Source of the DNA: Enterobacteriaceae endosymbiont of Donacia provostii
GTDB lineage: Bacteria; Pseudomonadota; Gammaproteobacteria; Enterobacterales; Enterobacteriaceae
Length of the DNA: 32,000 bases
Assembly (NCBI RefSeq): GCF_012570145.1
Contig: NZ_CP046206.1
Location: 347,011 to 379,010, forward strand
Direction of reading: 5' to 3'
Below, one piece after another: positions 20,587 through 30,517 of this stretch (positions within the stretch are counted from its first letter, which is position 1; every line of letters starts with the position of its first letter). The notes under the pieces are model-generated. The model was not told where the DNA came from. It saw only the letters and a list, made by a program, of their open reading frames with translations, and searched no databases. Both the position numbers and the translations under genes were made by a program.

Positions 20587-20885
20587 CCATTCATCTCACT
20601 TATTGAATTAATATTAATATTATTTTTATAATAGTATAATTTTATTAATAAAATTAATCCTATACAAGTTTCTATAGCTGATATACTAATAGATATAATA
20701 TACATAATTTCTCCTTCTGTTTGTCTCCAATAATTACCTGAAATTATACATGATAAAGCAGCAGAATTAATCATTAATTCAGTACAAATTAAAATATATA
20801 ACATATTATTTCTAATTAATACTCCTGTTAATCCGATAATAAATATGATCATAATAAATATTAAAATATGATATAAAGGTATCAT
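20583..20885 (-). CDS. nuoK: NADH-quinone oxidoreductase subunit K
   Basis: 100-aa ORF, collinear along its whole length with E. coli NuoK (MIPL.H..., GLTG..IR.N, E.MIN..AL, SEM.G C-terminus). Confidence 0.93.
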   Translation of the reverse strand: MIPLYHILIFIMIIFIIGLTGVLIRNNMLYILICTELMINSAALSCIISGNYWRQTEGEIMYIISISISAIETCIGLILLIKLYYYKNNININSISEMNG

Positions 20886-20924
20886 TTTGTATTCTTCTTT
20901 ATTGTAAAAAAAATAATTTAAATC

Positions 20925-21425
20925 TTAATGATTTTTTTTATTTCCTATATTTAAAATAATAATTATACCTGATAATAAAAGTATGGAAATTAATTCTACA
21001 ATAATTTTATATTGTGTAAATAAATTTAAACCAATATTTTCTATATTAACAAAATTATTAAGAATTAATTTTTTTACATACAAATTTTTTAAAATATAAA
21101 ATATTGATATTAAAAAAAAAATATTTATAATTAATATTTTAATTAAAAAAAATTTTTTTTTAATAAAATAAAGTTTTTCTTCTAATTCAATATGTTTATA
21201 TTGTAGGAACATTAAAACAAATATAAATAATACAACAATAGCTCCAGCATATATAATAATCTCTAATGCTCCAGCAAAATAATTACCTAATAAAAAAAAT
21301 ATACATGATATTGAAATTATTGAAATTAAAAAATTTATTAATACATAAATAGGATTAATAGTAATAATAACTAAAAACGAAAAAATTATTGATATAAATC
21401 CTAATATATATAATGTTATCTCCAT
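20925..21425 (-). CDS. nuoJ: NADH-quinone oxidoreductase subunit J
   Basis: 166-aa membrane ORF with GALEIIIYAGAIVVLFIFVLMFL, lying between nuoI and nuoK. It is somewhat shorter than the E. coli protein. Confidence 0.88.
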   Translation of the reverse strand: MEITLYILGFISIIFSFLVIITINPIYVLINFLISIISISCIFFLLGNYFAGALEIIIYAGAIVVLFIFVLMFLQYKHIELEEKLYFIKKKFFLIKILIINIFFLISIFYILKNLYVKKLILNNFVNIENIGLNLFTQYKIIVELISILLLSGIIIILNIGNKKNH

Positions 21426-21447
21426 ATAAAAGACCTCATAACATAAA

Positions 21448-21990
21448 TTATGGTAAAATATTTTTTATATCTACTTCTATATTTAACTCTTTTAAATTAT
21501 TTTCTTTATTATTTTTAATTTTAACTCCTGAAACATCATAAAAATTGTATTTTAAATCTTTTCCAGGATTATTAATTAATAAATCTTTTTTTTCATATAT
21601 TAAATTTTTTCGATCAAATTCACATAATTCAAAATCTGGAATTAATTGAATTGCTGATGTAGGACAAGATTCTTCACAAAAACCACAAAAAATACATCTA
21701 GAAAGATTGATTCTAAAAAATTTCGCGTATGATCGTCCATTTTTATTTATAGATTTTTTTAAAGATATACATCCTACTGGACAAACAACTGCACAAAGAT
21801 TACAAGCAACACAACGTTCATTATTATTTAAATCAGATGTTAAAATTATTCTACCTCTATATCTTGGTGGTAAATAAATTTTTTTTTCTGGATACATTAT
21901 TGTTTCTCTCTTACTAAAGAGATTAAGTAAAATAATAAAAATACTTCTTATTTGACTAATTATACCAATAAAAATTTTTTTCATGTTCAT
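21448..21990 (-). CDS. nuoI: NADH-quinone oxidoreductase subunit I (2x[4Fe-4S] ferredoxin)
   Basis: 180-aa ORF with two CxxCxxCxxxCP motifs: CVACNLCAVVCP and CIFCGFCEESCP. Confidence 0.95.
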   Translation of the reverse strand: MNMKKIFIGIISQIRSIFIILLNLFSKRETIMYPEKKIYLPPRYRGRIILTSDLNNNERCVACNLCAVVCPVGCISLKKSINKNGRSYAKFFRINLSRCIFCGFCEESCPTSAIQLIPDFELCEFDRKNLIYEKKDLLINNPGKDLKYNFYDVSGVKIKNNKENNLKELNIEVDIKNILP

Positions 21991-22009
21991 TATTAACTTT
22001 TTTTTAAAG

Positions 22010-22981
22010 TTATTTAAATTTTATTAAACAAGCAGTAATTATAAGATTAATTAATACTAATGGTAAACATACAAACCATCCAAAATATATTACTTTATCA
22101 TAACGAGGTCTAGGTAATGATGCTCTTATTAAAAAAAATAATATTATAAATATAATAGTTTTAATTAAAAACCATATTATTGGTTGAAAAAATGGACCTA
22201 ACCAACCTCCAAAAAATAAAATAACAATTAAAGAAGATAATACTATTATATTAATATATTCTCCTATAAAAAAAAGACCAAATTTCATTCCAGAATATTC
22301 AATATGATAACCATCAATTAACTCCTGTTCTGTTTCAGGTTGATCAAAAGGATGTCTATGACATAATGCTATAGTAGAAATTAAAAATGGTATAAAACTA
22401 AAAAATTGAGAAATAATATTCCAACCATGATTATATTGATAATAAATAATATCTAAAAAATTAAATGATCCTGTTTGACAAATAATACCCATTAATGATA
22501 ATCCTAAGAAAATTTCATAACTAATAATTTGTGCAATACCTCTTATTACTCCTAATAAAGCATATTTATTATTACTTGATAATCCTGCAAATAATATAGA
22601 ATATATAGAAATACTAGCCATCATAAAAAAAAAAAGTATACCGATATTTAAATTTGATATTATTATATTTGGAGTTATAGGTAATGTAGCAAATACAGAT
22701 AATAATGTATTAAATGCTAAAATAGGTGCTAAATTAAATAATAATTTATTTGAAAAATGTGGAGTCCAATCTTCTTTAAACATAATTTTTATCATATCAG
22801 CTAATACTTGAAAACAACCAAATAATCCTACTCTATTTGGACCATATCGATTTTGAAATAAAGCAAGAATACGTCTTTCTAAAAAACTTAAGAAAGCACT
22901 ACTTATTAATAATATTAATAAGATTAATATTATTTTACATAAAAAAAAGAATTTTATAGAATAAAAATAAGATAATATCAT
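22010..22981 (-). CDS. nuoH: NADH-quinone oxidoreductase subunit H
   Basis: 323-aa ORF with [43 protein letters not shown] and [10 protein letters not shown]. It overlaps the nuoG stop by 4 nt. Confidence 0.95.
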   Translation of the reverse strand: MILSYFYSIKFFFLCKIILILLILLISSAFLSFLERRILALFQNRYGPNRVGLFGCFQVLADMIKIMFKEDWTPHFSNKLLFNLAPILAFNTLLSVFATLPITPNIIISNLNIGILFFFMMASISIYSILFAGLSSNNKYALLGVIRGIAQIISYEIFLGLSLMGIICQTGSFNFLDIIYYQYNHGWNIISQFFSFIPFLISTIALCHRHPFDQPETEQELIDGYHIEYSGMKFGLFFIGEYINIIVLSSLIVILFFGGWLGPFFQPIIWFLIKTIIFIILFFLIRASLPRPRYDKVIYFGWFVCLPLVLINLIITACLIKFK

Positions 22982-25704
22982 TTTAATACCTTTATTTTTT
23001 CAATAATTTTTCCAAAAAAAGATAATGGAATATTTTTTGTTCCTAATGGAAGACTAATTAATCCTCGATTTAAAAAATCTGAAATATATGTTTTTAATAT
23101 AAAAATGTTATTTAAACAATATAATTTTATTAAATTATTATTTATAATTCCTAATTCTGTAGCATCATTTTTATTTAAAATTACATAATAATTATTAAAA
23201 TATTTTTTTATTAAATTAGATTTTTGTATTAAACTATGATTTTGAAATAAATGTTGATGTGCAATAATAGATAATTTATTATTATTTATTATATATTTAT
23301 CATATATTATTTTGATATCTATGTTATTTTTATTTTTATTTAAAATTTTAAATCCTGAACAACCATATTTAAATGAAATACCAATTTGTTTTTGAAATTT
23401 ATGTAATGATTGGGAAGAATTCCATCCAGGAGACCATAAAAATGGTATATGTTTATAATTAACATGTGAACCATAATTTCCTTCCATAGAAAAATTAAAT
23501 ATAGTATCTTTATCTTGAGGTTGTTGAGGTTCATGTATATGAACATTAGATAAAATCGATGTTCTTCCACTATATCTTATTGGAGATCTAGCAAATTTTC
23601 TATTATAAACTTTATAATTCGAATTAGGAGCTGATAAATGAATACCATCTAGTATGGGAATATATTTTTCACATTTTTTGATAATTTCATCTAAAGTAAT
23701 ATCTTTTTTTAAATTTTTTAATTTTGAATATATTTCATATATCCATTTCCAACTTGCTTTTCTAGCATTATATTTATTATAAAAAAAAGGATCATAAACT
23801 TGAAAAAATCTTTGTGCTCTACCTTCATTATTAATAACAGTACCACTATTTTCCATAAAATTTGCTGTCGGTAAAATTATACTAGCTTTTTTCATAGTTC
23901 TAGTTAAAATATGATCTAATACAATTATATTAGGAATATTTTTTAAAAAATAATTAATTTTATTTTTATCTTCATAAAAATATAAATCATTTTCCATTAT
24001 AAAAACAGTATCTATATTAAAATTACTATGACTAATATTTTTTTTTTTAAATAAACTATTTAAAGATTTTCCTTTAATTAAACTTATTCCCATACTATTC
24101 ACTTTATTTAATACATAAAATAATCCTACATCCTTTTTATTTTTATATAATGATTGTGCTATTTTATAAGATGCTGAAATTAATGATAAAGAATTAGAAC
24201 CAGTTCCTGAAATAATCAAAGGTTTCGAAGAATTTAATAATATTTTAGAAACTTTTATAATTTTTTTTTTTAAAACTTTATCATTTATAATATAATTATT
24301 ATTATTTAAATAATCTGCTAATATAAAACCAAATTTAGATTGATTAAAATTTGATGTATAATAATTGAATATAGAAATATCATCTAACAATGTTTTGTCA
24401 TTACTAGTGATTAATAAAGGATTTAATTTTTTATTTTTTATATTTAAAATTGCATCAGCATTCCAATATGGAATATTAAAATCATTATTTTTAATATTAA
24501 AATTTTTTTTTATAGCTTGTCTAACTGCTAAAGCAGCTCTAGGATTTGTATTACTTAAATCTTCTCCTAGTATTAAAATACTATCATAATTTTCAATTTC
24601 AGATAATGTAGGAAAATATATTTTTGTATTTTTTATTATATCAATAATATAATTAATTTGTTTTTTTTCATTTTTTAAAATACCTAAATAAAAATTTTTT
24701 TTTCCCACTAATTTTTTTAAAATAAAATTACTTTCTATACTTGCTCTAGGTGAGCCAATACCAATAATATTTTTAGAATTTAATATGATATGAATAATTT
24801 TTTTTATAATTTCTTTATGATTTGAAATTATTTTCTTGTTTTTTTTATAGTATATAATTTTAATAGGATTATTTTTTAAATAAGTATATTCATAACCAAA
24901 ATAACCTTTATCACACAAAAAATAATGATTTATTTTTTCATGGAATCTATTTTGTATACTAGATAATTTCCCATAACGTTCTCCAATAAAAATATTACAT
25001 CCTAATGAACAATTTTGACAAATACTTGGAGCATATTGTAAATCCCATTTTCTAGCATAATTTTGATTATAAATTTTATCCGTGAAAACTCCAGTAGGAC
25101 ATAATTCAATTAAATTTCCAGAAAATGGATTTTTTAATTTTCCGTTTGAATATCTACCAAAATAAATAATATTTTTAGATCCGAAAACATTAAAATCTTG
25201 ACCATCTGCATAATCTTTATAAAATCTTACACAACGATAACATGTAATACAACGATTCATTGTATGAGAAATAAAAGGACCTAAATATTGATTTTTATAT
25301 TGTCTTTTAGGAAAATTATATCTTCTATTATGATGTCCAGTCATAACAGTCATATCTTGTAAATGACAACTACCACCTTCATCACAAATAGGACAATCAT
25401 GTGGATGATTTAACATTAATAACTCAATATTTTTTTTACGGAAATTAATTAGATCATTATCATAAATAATAATTTTTGTATTATGAATAGGAGAAGACAT
25501 ACATGACATAATTATATGATTTTTATTTTGATCTGAATCATTTAATTGCTTAATTGCACATTGACGACATGAACCTATACTTCCTAAAATAGGATGCCAA
25601 CAAAAATATGGTATATCAAAACCTAAAGATAAACATATTTTTAATAAATTATCTTTTTCATTAACTTTATATACTTGCCCTTCTATATTAATATTAATCA
25701 TCAT
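22978..25704 (-). CDS. nuoG: NADH-quinone oxidoreductase subunit G
   Basis: 908-aa ORF with [18 protein letters not shown] (2Fe-2S), [45 protein letters not shown] and [19 protein letters not shown]. It is the same length class as E. coli NuoG. Confidence 0.96.
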   Translation of the reverse strand: MMININIEGQVYKVNEKDNLLKICLSLGFDIPYFCWHPILGSIGSCRQCAIKQLNDSDQNKNHIIMSCMSSPIHNTKIIIYDNDLINFRKKNIELLMLNHPHDCPICDEGGSCHLQDMTVMTGHHNRRYNFPKRQYKNQYLGPFISHTMNRCITCYRCVRFYKDYADGQDFNVFGSKNIIYFGRYSNGKLKNPFSGNLIELCPTGVFTDKIYNQNYARKWDLQYAPSICQNCSLGCNIFIGERYGKLSSIQNRFHEKINHYFLCDKGYFGYEYTYLKNNPIKIIYYKKNKKIISNHKEIIKKIIHIILNSKNIIGIGSPRASIESNFILKKLVGKKNFYLGILKNEKKQINYIIDIIKNTKIYFPTLSEIENYDSILILGEDLSNTNPRAALAVRQAIKKNFNIKNNDFNIPYWNADAILNIKNKKLNPLLITSNDKTLLDDISIFNYYTSNFNQSKFGFILADYLNNNNYIINDKVLKKKIIKVSKILLNSSKPLIISGTGSNSLSLISASYKIAQSLYKNKKDVGLFYVLNKVNSMGISLIKGKSLNSLFKKKNISHSNFNIDTVFIMENDLYFYEDKNKINYFLKNIPNIIVLDHILTRTMKKASIILPTANFMENSGTVINNEGRAQRFFQVYDPFFYNKYNARKASWKWIYEIYSKLKNLKKDITLDEIIKKCEKYIPILDGIHLSAPNSNYKVYNRKFARSPIRYSGRTSILSNVHIHEPQQPQDKDTIFNFSMEGNYGSHVNYKHIPFLWSPGWNSSQSLHKFQKQIGISFKYGCSGFKILNKNKNNIDIKIIYDKYIINNNKLSIIAHQHLFQNHSLIQKSNLIKKYFNNYYVILNKNDATELGIINNNLIKLYCLNNIFILKTYISDFLNRGLISLPLGTKNIPLSFFGKIIEKIKVLK

Positions 25705-25763
25705 ATATATTCCTAAATACTATTTAGTAATAGTAAAATATTTTTATTTATAATATATAAGTT

Positions 25764-25789
25764 AAAAAATTTTTATATAAAAATTTTTT
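25764..25789 (-). repeat. 26-bp perfect A/T-only palindrome abutting the nuoF stop codon
   Basis: AAAAAATTTTTAT|ATAAAAATTTTTT, 13-nt arms checked. Its right end is the first plus-strand base of the nuoF stop (25789-25791). The arms are themselves A-tract/T-tract low-complexity sequence. Confidence 0.2.
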
Positions 25790-27069
25790 TAGCTAATAAT
25801 TCCATCTTTAAATTCATCTAGAAAATATTTTAACGCACTATTTAAGGGTTCCATTGCACCAGGTGCATGAGCACAAAAAGAACCCCCATTAATTAATTGA
25901 TTGCTTATATCTTTAAGAAGATAAATATCCTTAATAGATCCTTTTTTTTTTTCTAAATTATTTAATATTTTAACAATCCAGGGTAATCCTTCTCTACAGG
26001 GAGTGCAAAAACCACAAGATTCTCTAGCAAAAAATATTTCTAAATTTTTTATTATAGATATAATACTTATACTTGTATCAACTGCAATAGATATACCAGT
26101 TCCTAATCTACTCCCTGCTTTACTAATATTTATAAAATCCATTGGTAAGTCTAAATGATCTTTTGTTAAGAAACCTGTTCCTGCTCCACCTGGTTGCCAA
26201 GCTTTGAAAAAAAATCCTTTTTTCATACCACCTGCATATTTTTCAAAAATTAAACGTGCAGGAATACCAAGTGGTAACTCCCATAATCCAGGATTTTTTA
26301 CATTTCCTGAAAAACCTAACATTTTTGTACCACTATCATATAGACTTTGAGATATATTACGATACCATTTTGGACCATATTTTATGATATAAGGTATATT
26401 AACAATAGTTTCAACATTATTAATACATGTAGGTTTACCCCACAATCCAACTATTGCAGGATATGGAGGTTTAAAACGTGGGTTAGGACGTTTTCCTTCT
26501 ATAGAATTAATTAAAGCTGTTTCTTCTCCACATATATATCTTCCAGCTCCTATATGGAGATATAAATCAAAATTAAAATTACTATTTAATATATTTTTAC
26601 CTAAAAATTTAGATTGATATAATTCTTTTATAGCTATATTTAAAATTTTTGCACAATTTATATATTCTCCTCTTAAAAAAATATATCCTTTATTAGCTTG
26701 TATTGCAAAAGCACTTATTATAATTCCTTCTATTAGTTGATGTGGGATATGTTCTATTAAAAAACGATCTTTATATGTTCCTGGTTCCATTTCATCAGCA
26801 TTACATAAAAAATATCTAATTTCATTATTACTTTTTTTTGGAGGAATTAAACTCCATTTTAATCCAGTATAAAACCCCCCCCCTCCTCTTCCTCTTAACT
26901 TAGACTTTTTTACAGTATTAATTATATCTTGTGGTGTATTTTTTATTAAAATATTTTTTAAAGTTGTATAACCATCTTTTTTTATATATTTTTTTAAAAA
27001 CAATGTTTTATTTTTTTTAATTCGCCATGTTAAAGGATGTGTTTCTGGATTGGGTTTTTTTATTTTCAT
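25789..27069 (-). CDS. nuoF: NADH-quinone oxidoreductase subunit F (FMN/NADH-binding)
   Basis: 426-aa ORF. The N-terminal PETHPLTWR aligns with the E. coli NuoF N-terminus. Other motifs are GRGGGGF, CNADEMEPGTYKDR, GAGRYICGEETALINSIEG and the N3 cluster motif ESCGFCTPCREG. Confidence 0.96.
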   Translation of the reverse strand: MKIKKPNPETHPLTWRIKKNKTLFLKKYIKKDGYTTLKNILIKNTPQDIINTVKKSKLRGRGGGGFYTGLKWSLIPPKKSNNEIRYFLCNADEMEPGTYKDRFLIEHIPHQLIEGIIISAFAIQANKGYIFLRGEYINCAKILNIAIKELYQSKFLGKNILNSNFNFDLYLHIGAGRYICGEETALINSIEGKRPNPRFKPPYPAIVGLWGKPTCINNVETIVNIPYIIKYGPKWYRNISQSLYDSGTKMLGFSGNVKNPGLWELPLGIPARLIFEKYAGGMKKGFFFKAWQPGGAGTGFLTKDHLDLPMDFINISKAGSRLGTGISIAVDTSISIISIIKNLEIFFARESCGFCTPCREGLPWIVKILNNLEKKKGSIKDIYLLKDISNQLINGGSFCAHAPGAMEPLNSALKYFLDEFKDGIIS

Positions 27070-27562
27070 GAATATAATTATCCAATATTTGATCTATATC
27101 ATTAATAGATAATGAAGTATAAATTTTTTCGTTTATCATTATAACAGGACTATTTTCACAGTGTCCTAAACAACATATAGGTATTAAAGTAAATAATTTA
27201 TCAGAAGTAGTTTCTCCTGATTTAATTTTTAGTTTTTTTTCAATATGTTTTAAAATAATTTTATATTTTGTTATATAACAAACAATACTGTCACAATACT
27301 TAATAACATATTTACCTACTGGTGATCGAAAAATTTGACTATAAAATGTTGCTATACTATCAATTTCTGATGGATTAATTTTTAAAAAATTAGAAATATT
27401 AGTAATAATATTATCAGATATCCATCCGTATTTTTTTTGAAAAAATATTAATATTTCAAGAATAGCTGCTTGATTACATTCATAATTATTTATTATATTA
27501 TTAATAATTAAATAATCTTTTTTTTTTAAATATAAATTTTTATTATGATTTTTATTTTTCAT
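27017..27562 (-). CDS. nuoE: NADH-quinone oxidoreductase subunit E (2Fe-2S), with a C-terminal read-through tail overlapping nuoF
   Basis: 181-aa ORF with ATFYSQIFRSPVGKYVIKYCDSIVC and CCLGHCENSPVIMI. The last 17 or so codons lie inside nuoF in another frame. Confidence 0.92.
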   Translation of the reverse strand: MKNKNHNKNLYLKKKDYLIINNIINNYECNQAAILEILIFFQKKYGWISDNIITNISNFLKINPSEIDSIATFYSQIFRSPVGKYVIKYCDSIVCYITKYKIILKHIEKKLKIKSGETTSDKLFTLIPICCLGHCENSPVIMINEKIYTSLSINDIDQILDNYIHENKKTQSRNTSFNMAN

Positions 27563-27571
27563 GATATTATT

Positions 27572-29395
27572 TTAACGGTCTACATCAGACATAACAAAAT
27601 CAATACTTCCTAAATAAGCAATTAAATCAGATATTAAACTACCACAAATAACAGATGGTATTTGTTGTAAATGAGGAAAACTAGGTGTTCTTATTCTAGT
27701 ACGATAACTATTTATATTACCATCACTAATTAAATAATAACTATTAACTCCTTTAGTAGCTTCAATCATTTGAAACGATTCATTTGCAGGTATTAAAGGT
27801 CCCCATGAAACTTGTATGAAATGATTAATTAAACTTTCTATATTATATAATACTTTTGTTCTAATAGGAGGAGTTGTTAAAGGATGATTAACCTTATATG
27901 CTCCTTCAGGCATATAATTTAAACATTGTTTTATAATATTTAAACTTTGCCAAATTTCTTCTAATTTTAATAATATTCGAGAATAACAATCACTAATATT
28001 ACTAGTAGGAATATCAAAATCAAAATTTTCATATCCTGAATAAGGACGCCATTTTCTAATATCAAAATTTAATCCAGTAGCTCGTAATCCTGTACCAGTT
28101 ACTCCCCAAGATATTGCTTCTTCTTTAGAATAAACAGCTATATTTTTAGTTCTTGATATTAAAATACTATTTTGTAAAGCTACTTTTTGATATATAAGTA
28201 ATCTTTTAGGTAACCAAATAAGTAATTTTTTAATTAAAATATTCCATCCTTTAGGTAAATCTTGAGCTAACCCTCCTATTCTAAACCAGGCAGGATGCAT
28301 TCTTGCACCAGTAATAGCTTCAATTATATCATATATTTTTTGTCTATCTGTAAAAGCTAAAAATACAGGAGTCATTGCTCCTATATCTTGTATAAAAGTT
28401 GATATACATAATAAATGACTATTAATACGAAATAATTCAGATAACATTATTCTAATTACTTTTATTCTATCTGTAACAATAATATTGGCTAATTTTTCTA
28501 TTGCTAGAATATAAGGCATTTCATTTATACATCCTCCTAAATATTCAATTCTATCTGTATAAGGTATATACGTATGCCATGTTTGTCTTTCAGCTATTTT
28601 TTCAGCTCCTCTATGATGATAACCAATTTCTGGTATACATTGTATAATTTCTTCTCCTAATAATTGTAAAATAATTCTAAAAGCACCATGTACGGAAGGA
28701 TGATTAGGTCCTAAATTAAGATACATGTAGTCATTACAATTATTATTTTTAGATATATTAAAATCTTTTGGAAAAAATTTTGTTGCTTTAATATCTTGTT
28801 TATATTTTTCTTTTGTTAAAATATAAGAAGGTAAATCAGTAGCTCTAGAAGGAAAATCTTTTCGTAATGGGTAGCCATTATTCCAATTTTTAGGTAATAA
28901 AATATGTGATAAACCAGGATGATTAATAAAATTTATTCCAAACATTTCCCATATTTCTCTTTCATACCAATTAGCATTTTTAAAAATTTCTGTAATACTA
29001 TTAATATATAATTTATTTTTTTTAAGAGGAATTTTTATAATAATATCTGAATTTCTATTAATAGAAATTAAATGATAAAATAAAGAAAAATCCATTTTTT
29101 TCATTAAATAAAATTTATTTAAATGTAATCTTTCATCAATACCATGCATATCATATAACATGTTATATGGATTAATAATTATTTTTGTAAAAAAATTTAT
29201 AAATTTTATTAAATCACTAGATTTTATCCAAATAACTAATGGCATTTTTATATTAAAACTATTTTGTATAATAAAATCTTTAAAAGAAAAATGATTATTT
29301 AATTCATCTATTACAGGTTCTATTTTCTTTTTAGAAAAAGATTTATTATGTTTATCTCCTATTTGATCAACTTTTTTATTAAAAATATTATTCAT
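27572..29395 (-). CDS. nuoC: NADH-quinone oxidoreductase fused subunit C/D
   Basis: 607-aa ORF. The N-terminal half is NuoC-like ([15 protein letters not shown]) and the C-terminal half NuoD-like ([22 protein letters not shown]-terminal FVMSDVDR). The fusion is as in E. coli and its relatives. Confidence 0.95.
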   Translation of the reverse strand: MNNIFNKKVDQIGDKHNKSFSKKKIEPVIDELNNHFSFKDFIIQNSFNIKMPLVIWIKSSDLIKFINFFTKIIINPYNMLYDMHGIDERLHLNKFYLMKKMDFSLFYHLISINRNSDIIIKIPLKKNKLYINSITEIFKNANWYEREIWEMFGINFINHPGLSHILLPKNWNNGYPLRKDFPSRATDLPSYILTKEKYKQDIKATKFFPKDFNISKNNNCNDYMYLNLGPNHPSVHGAFRIILQLLGEEIIQCIPEIGYHHRGAEKIAERQTWHTYIPYTDRIEYLGGCINEMPYILAIEKLANIIVTDRIKVIRIMLSELFRINSHLLCISTFIQDIGAMTPVFLAFTDRQKIYDIIEAITGARMHPAWFRIGGLAQDLPKGWNILIKKLLIWLPKRLLIYQKVALQNSILISRTKNIAVYSKEEAISWGVTGTGLRATGLNFDIRKWRPYSGYENFDFDIPTSNISDCYSRILLKLEEIWQSLNIIKQCLNYMPEGAYKVNHPLTTPPIRTKVLYNIESLINHFIQVSWGPLIPANESFQMIEATKGVNSYYLISDGNINSYRTRIRTPSFPHLQQIPSVICGSLISDLIAYLGSIDFVMSDVDR

Positions 29396-29414
29396 AAATA
29401 GATATCCATAAATA

Positions 29415-30077
29415 TTATATATTTTTTGGTGATTTAAATTTAATATTTTTACTATAAAAATTTTTATTAGGTGATTTCATTTTAGCCTTATAAATACCTT
29501 GTTCTCCTATTACCCATGATAATGGTCGTCTTTCATAATTAATTAATTTTTGTAGTAATAATAAAGCTTGTATATATGATTCTGGTCTAGGAGGACATCC
29601 AGGAATATAAATGTCTACAGGTAAAAAAGTATCTACTCCCTGAACTACAGAATATATATCATACATTCCCCCAGAATTTGCACAAGATCCCATAGAAATT
29701 ACCCATTTTGGTTCTAACATTTGATCATATAATCTTTGTATGATAGGAGCCATTTTTAAAAAACATGTACCTGCTACTACCATAAAATCAGCTTGTCTTG
29801 GAGATGCACGTAAAACTTCTGAACCAAAACGTGAAATATCATTAATTGATGTAAATGATGTTGTCATTTCTACGTAACAACATGATAATCCAAAATTATA
29901 AGGCCATAATGAATTTTTTCTTCCCCAATTAATAATTTTATGAGTAATTTTTTTTAAATTACCTAAAAAAATATTTTTATTAACTTGTTCATTTAATGGA
30001 TCATGACTAATGTATTTTTCCTCTTTAAGAGGATATTTTTTTTTATTATTTTTATATTTACTAAATATATATTTCAT
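29415..30077 (-). CDS. nuoB: NADH-quinone oxidoreductase subunit B
   Basis: 220-aa ORF with the N2 cluster ligand motifs [21 protein letters not shown] and PGCPPRPE. Confidence 0.96.
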   Translation of the reverse strand: MKYIFSKYKNNKKKYPLKEEKYISHDPLNEQVNKNIFLGNLKKITHKIINWGRKNSLWPYNFGLSCCYVEMTTSFTSINDISRFGSEVLRASPRQADFMVVAGTCFLKMAPIIQRLYDQMLEPKWVISMGSCANSGGMYDIYSVVQGVDTFLPVDIYIPGCPPRPESYIQALLLLQKLINYERRPLSWVIGEQGIYKAKMKSPNKNFYSKNIKFKSPKNI

Positions 30078-30100
30078 ATTATGTATTTATTATTTAAATA

Positions 30101-30487
30101 TTATTGAATATTTTTACGTTTCCAATTTAATATATTGGTTTTTAATATATAAAATAAAGTAATTAAAATAGTAACAATAAATAAAATTCCTTCAATAAAA
30201 CCTTCTAATTCTATTTTCTTTATAGAAAGTGACCATAAATATAAATATAAAGATTCAATATCAAAAATAATAAAAAATATTGCTATTAAATAAAAATTAA
30301 TATGTATTTTAATTTGTGAATTTTTATAAGACATTACACCTGATTCAAATGGTATTTGTTTATCTAAATTAGATGAACGTTCTCCTAAAAATAATGAAAT
30401 TAATATCATTATACAACTAATACAAATAGCAAATATTTGAAATAAAACAAAATATTTATGGTCATTCATTATTGTATTTATTAACAT
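30101..30487 (-). CDS. nuoA: NADH-quinone oxidoreductase subunit A
   Basis: 128-aa three-TM ORF with IPFESGV and FIIFDIESLYLY. It is the first gene of the nuo array. Confidence 0.9.
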   Translation of the reverse strand: MLINTIMNDHKYFVLFQIFAICISCIMILISLFLGERSSNLDKQIPFESGVMSYKNSQIKIHINFYLIAIFFIIFDIESLYLYLWSLSIKKIELEGFIEGILFIVTILITLFYILKTNILNWKRKNIQ

Positions 30488-30517
30488 GATTATATTCTTT
30501 ATATAAAAACATATAGT

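Noticed and set aside
23340-23570. 76-aa ORF on the minus strand inside nuoG.
   Set aside because: It is an alternative frame of the well-supported nuoG CDS, with no motif support.
24365-24589. 74-aa ORF on the plus strand, antisense to nuoG.
   Set aside because: It is an antisense shadow ORF within nuoG, with hydrophobic low-complexity sequence and no start context or motifs.
26875-26883. A C9 run (G9 in the mRNA) in a genome of roughly 20% G+C.
   Set aside because: It is explained by the Gly codons of the conserved NuoF glycine-rich loop GRGGGGF. It is a striking homopolymer but simply reflects protein constraint. It is at most another slippage-prone site.
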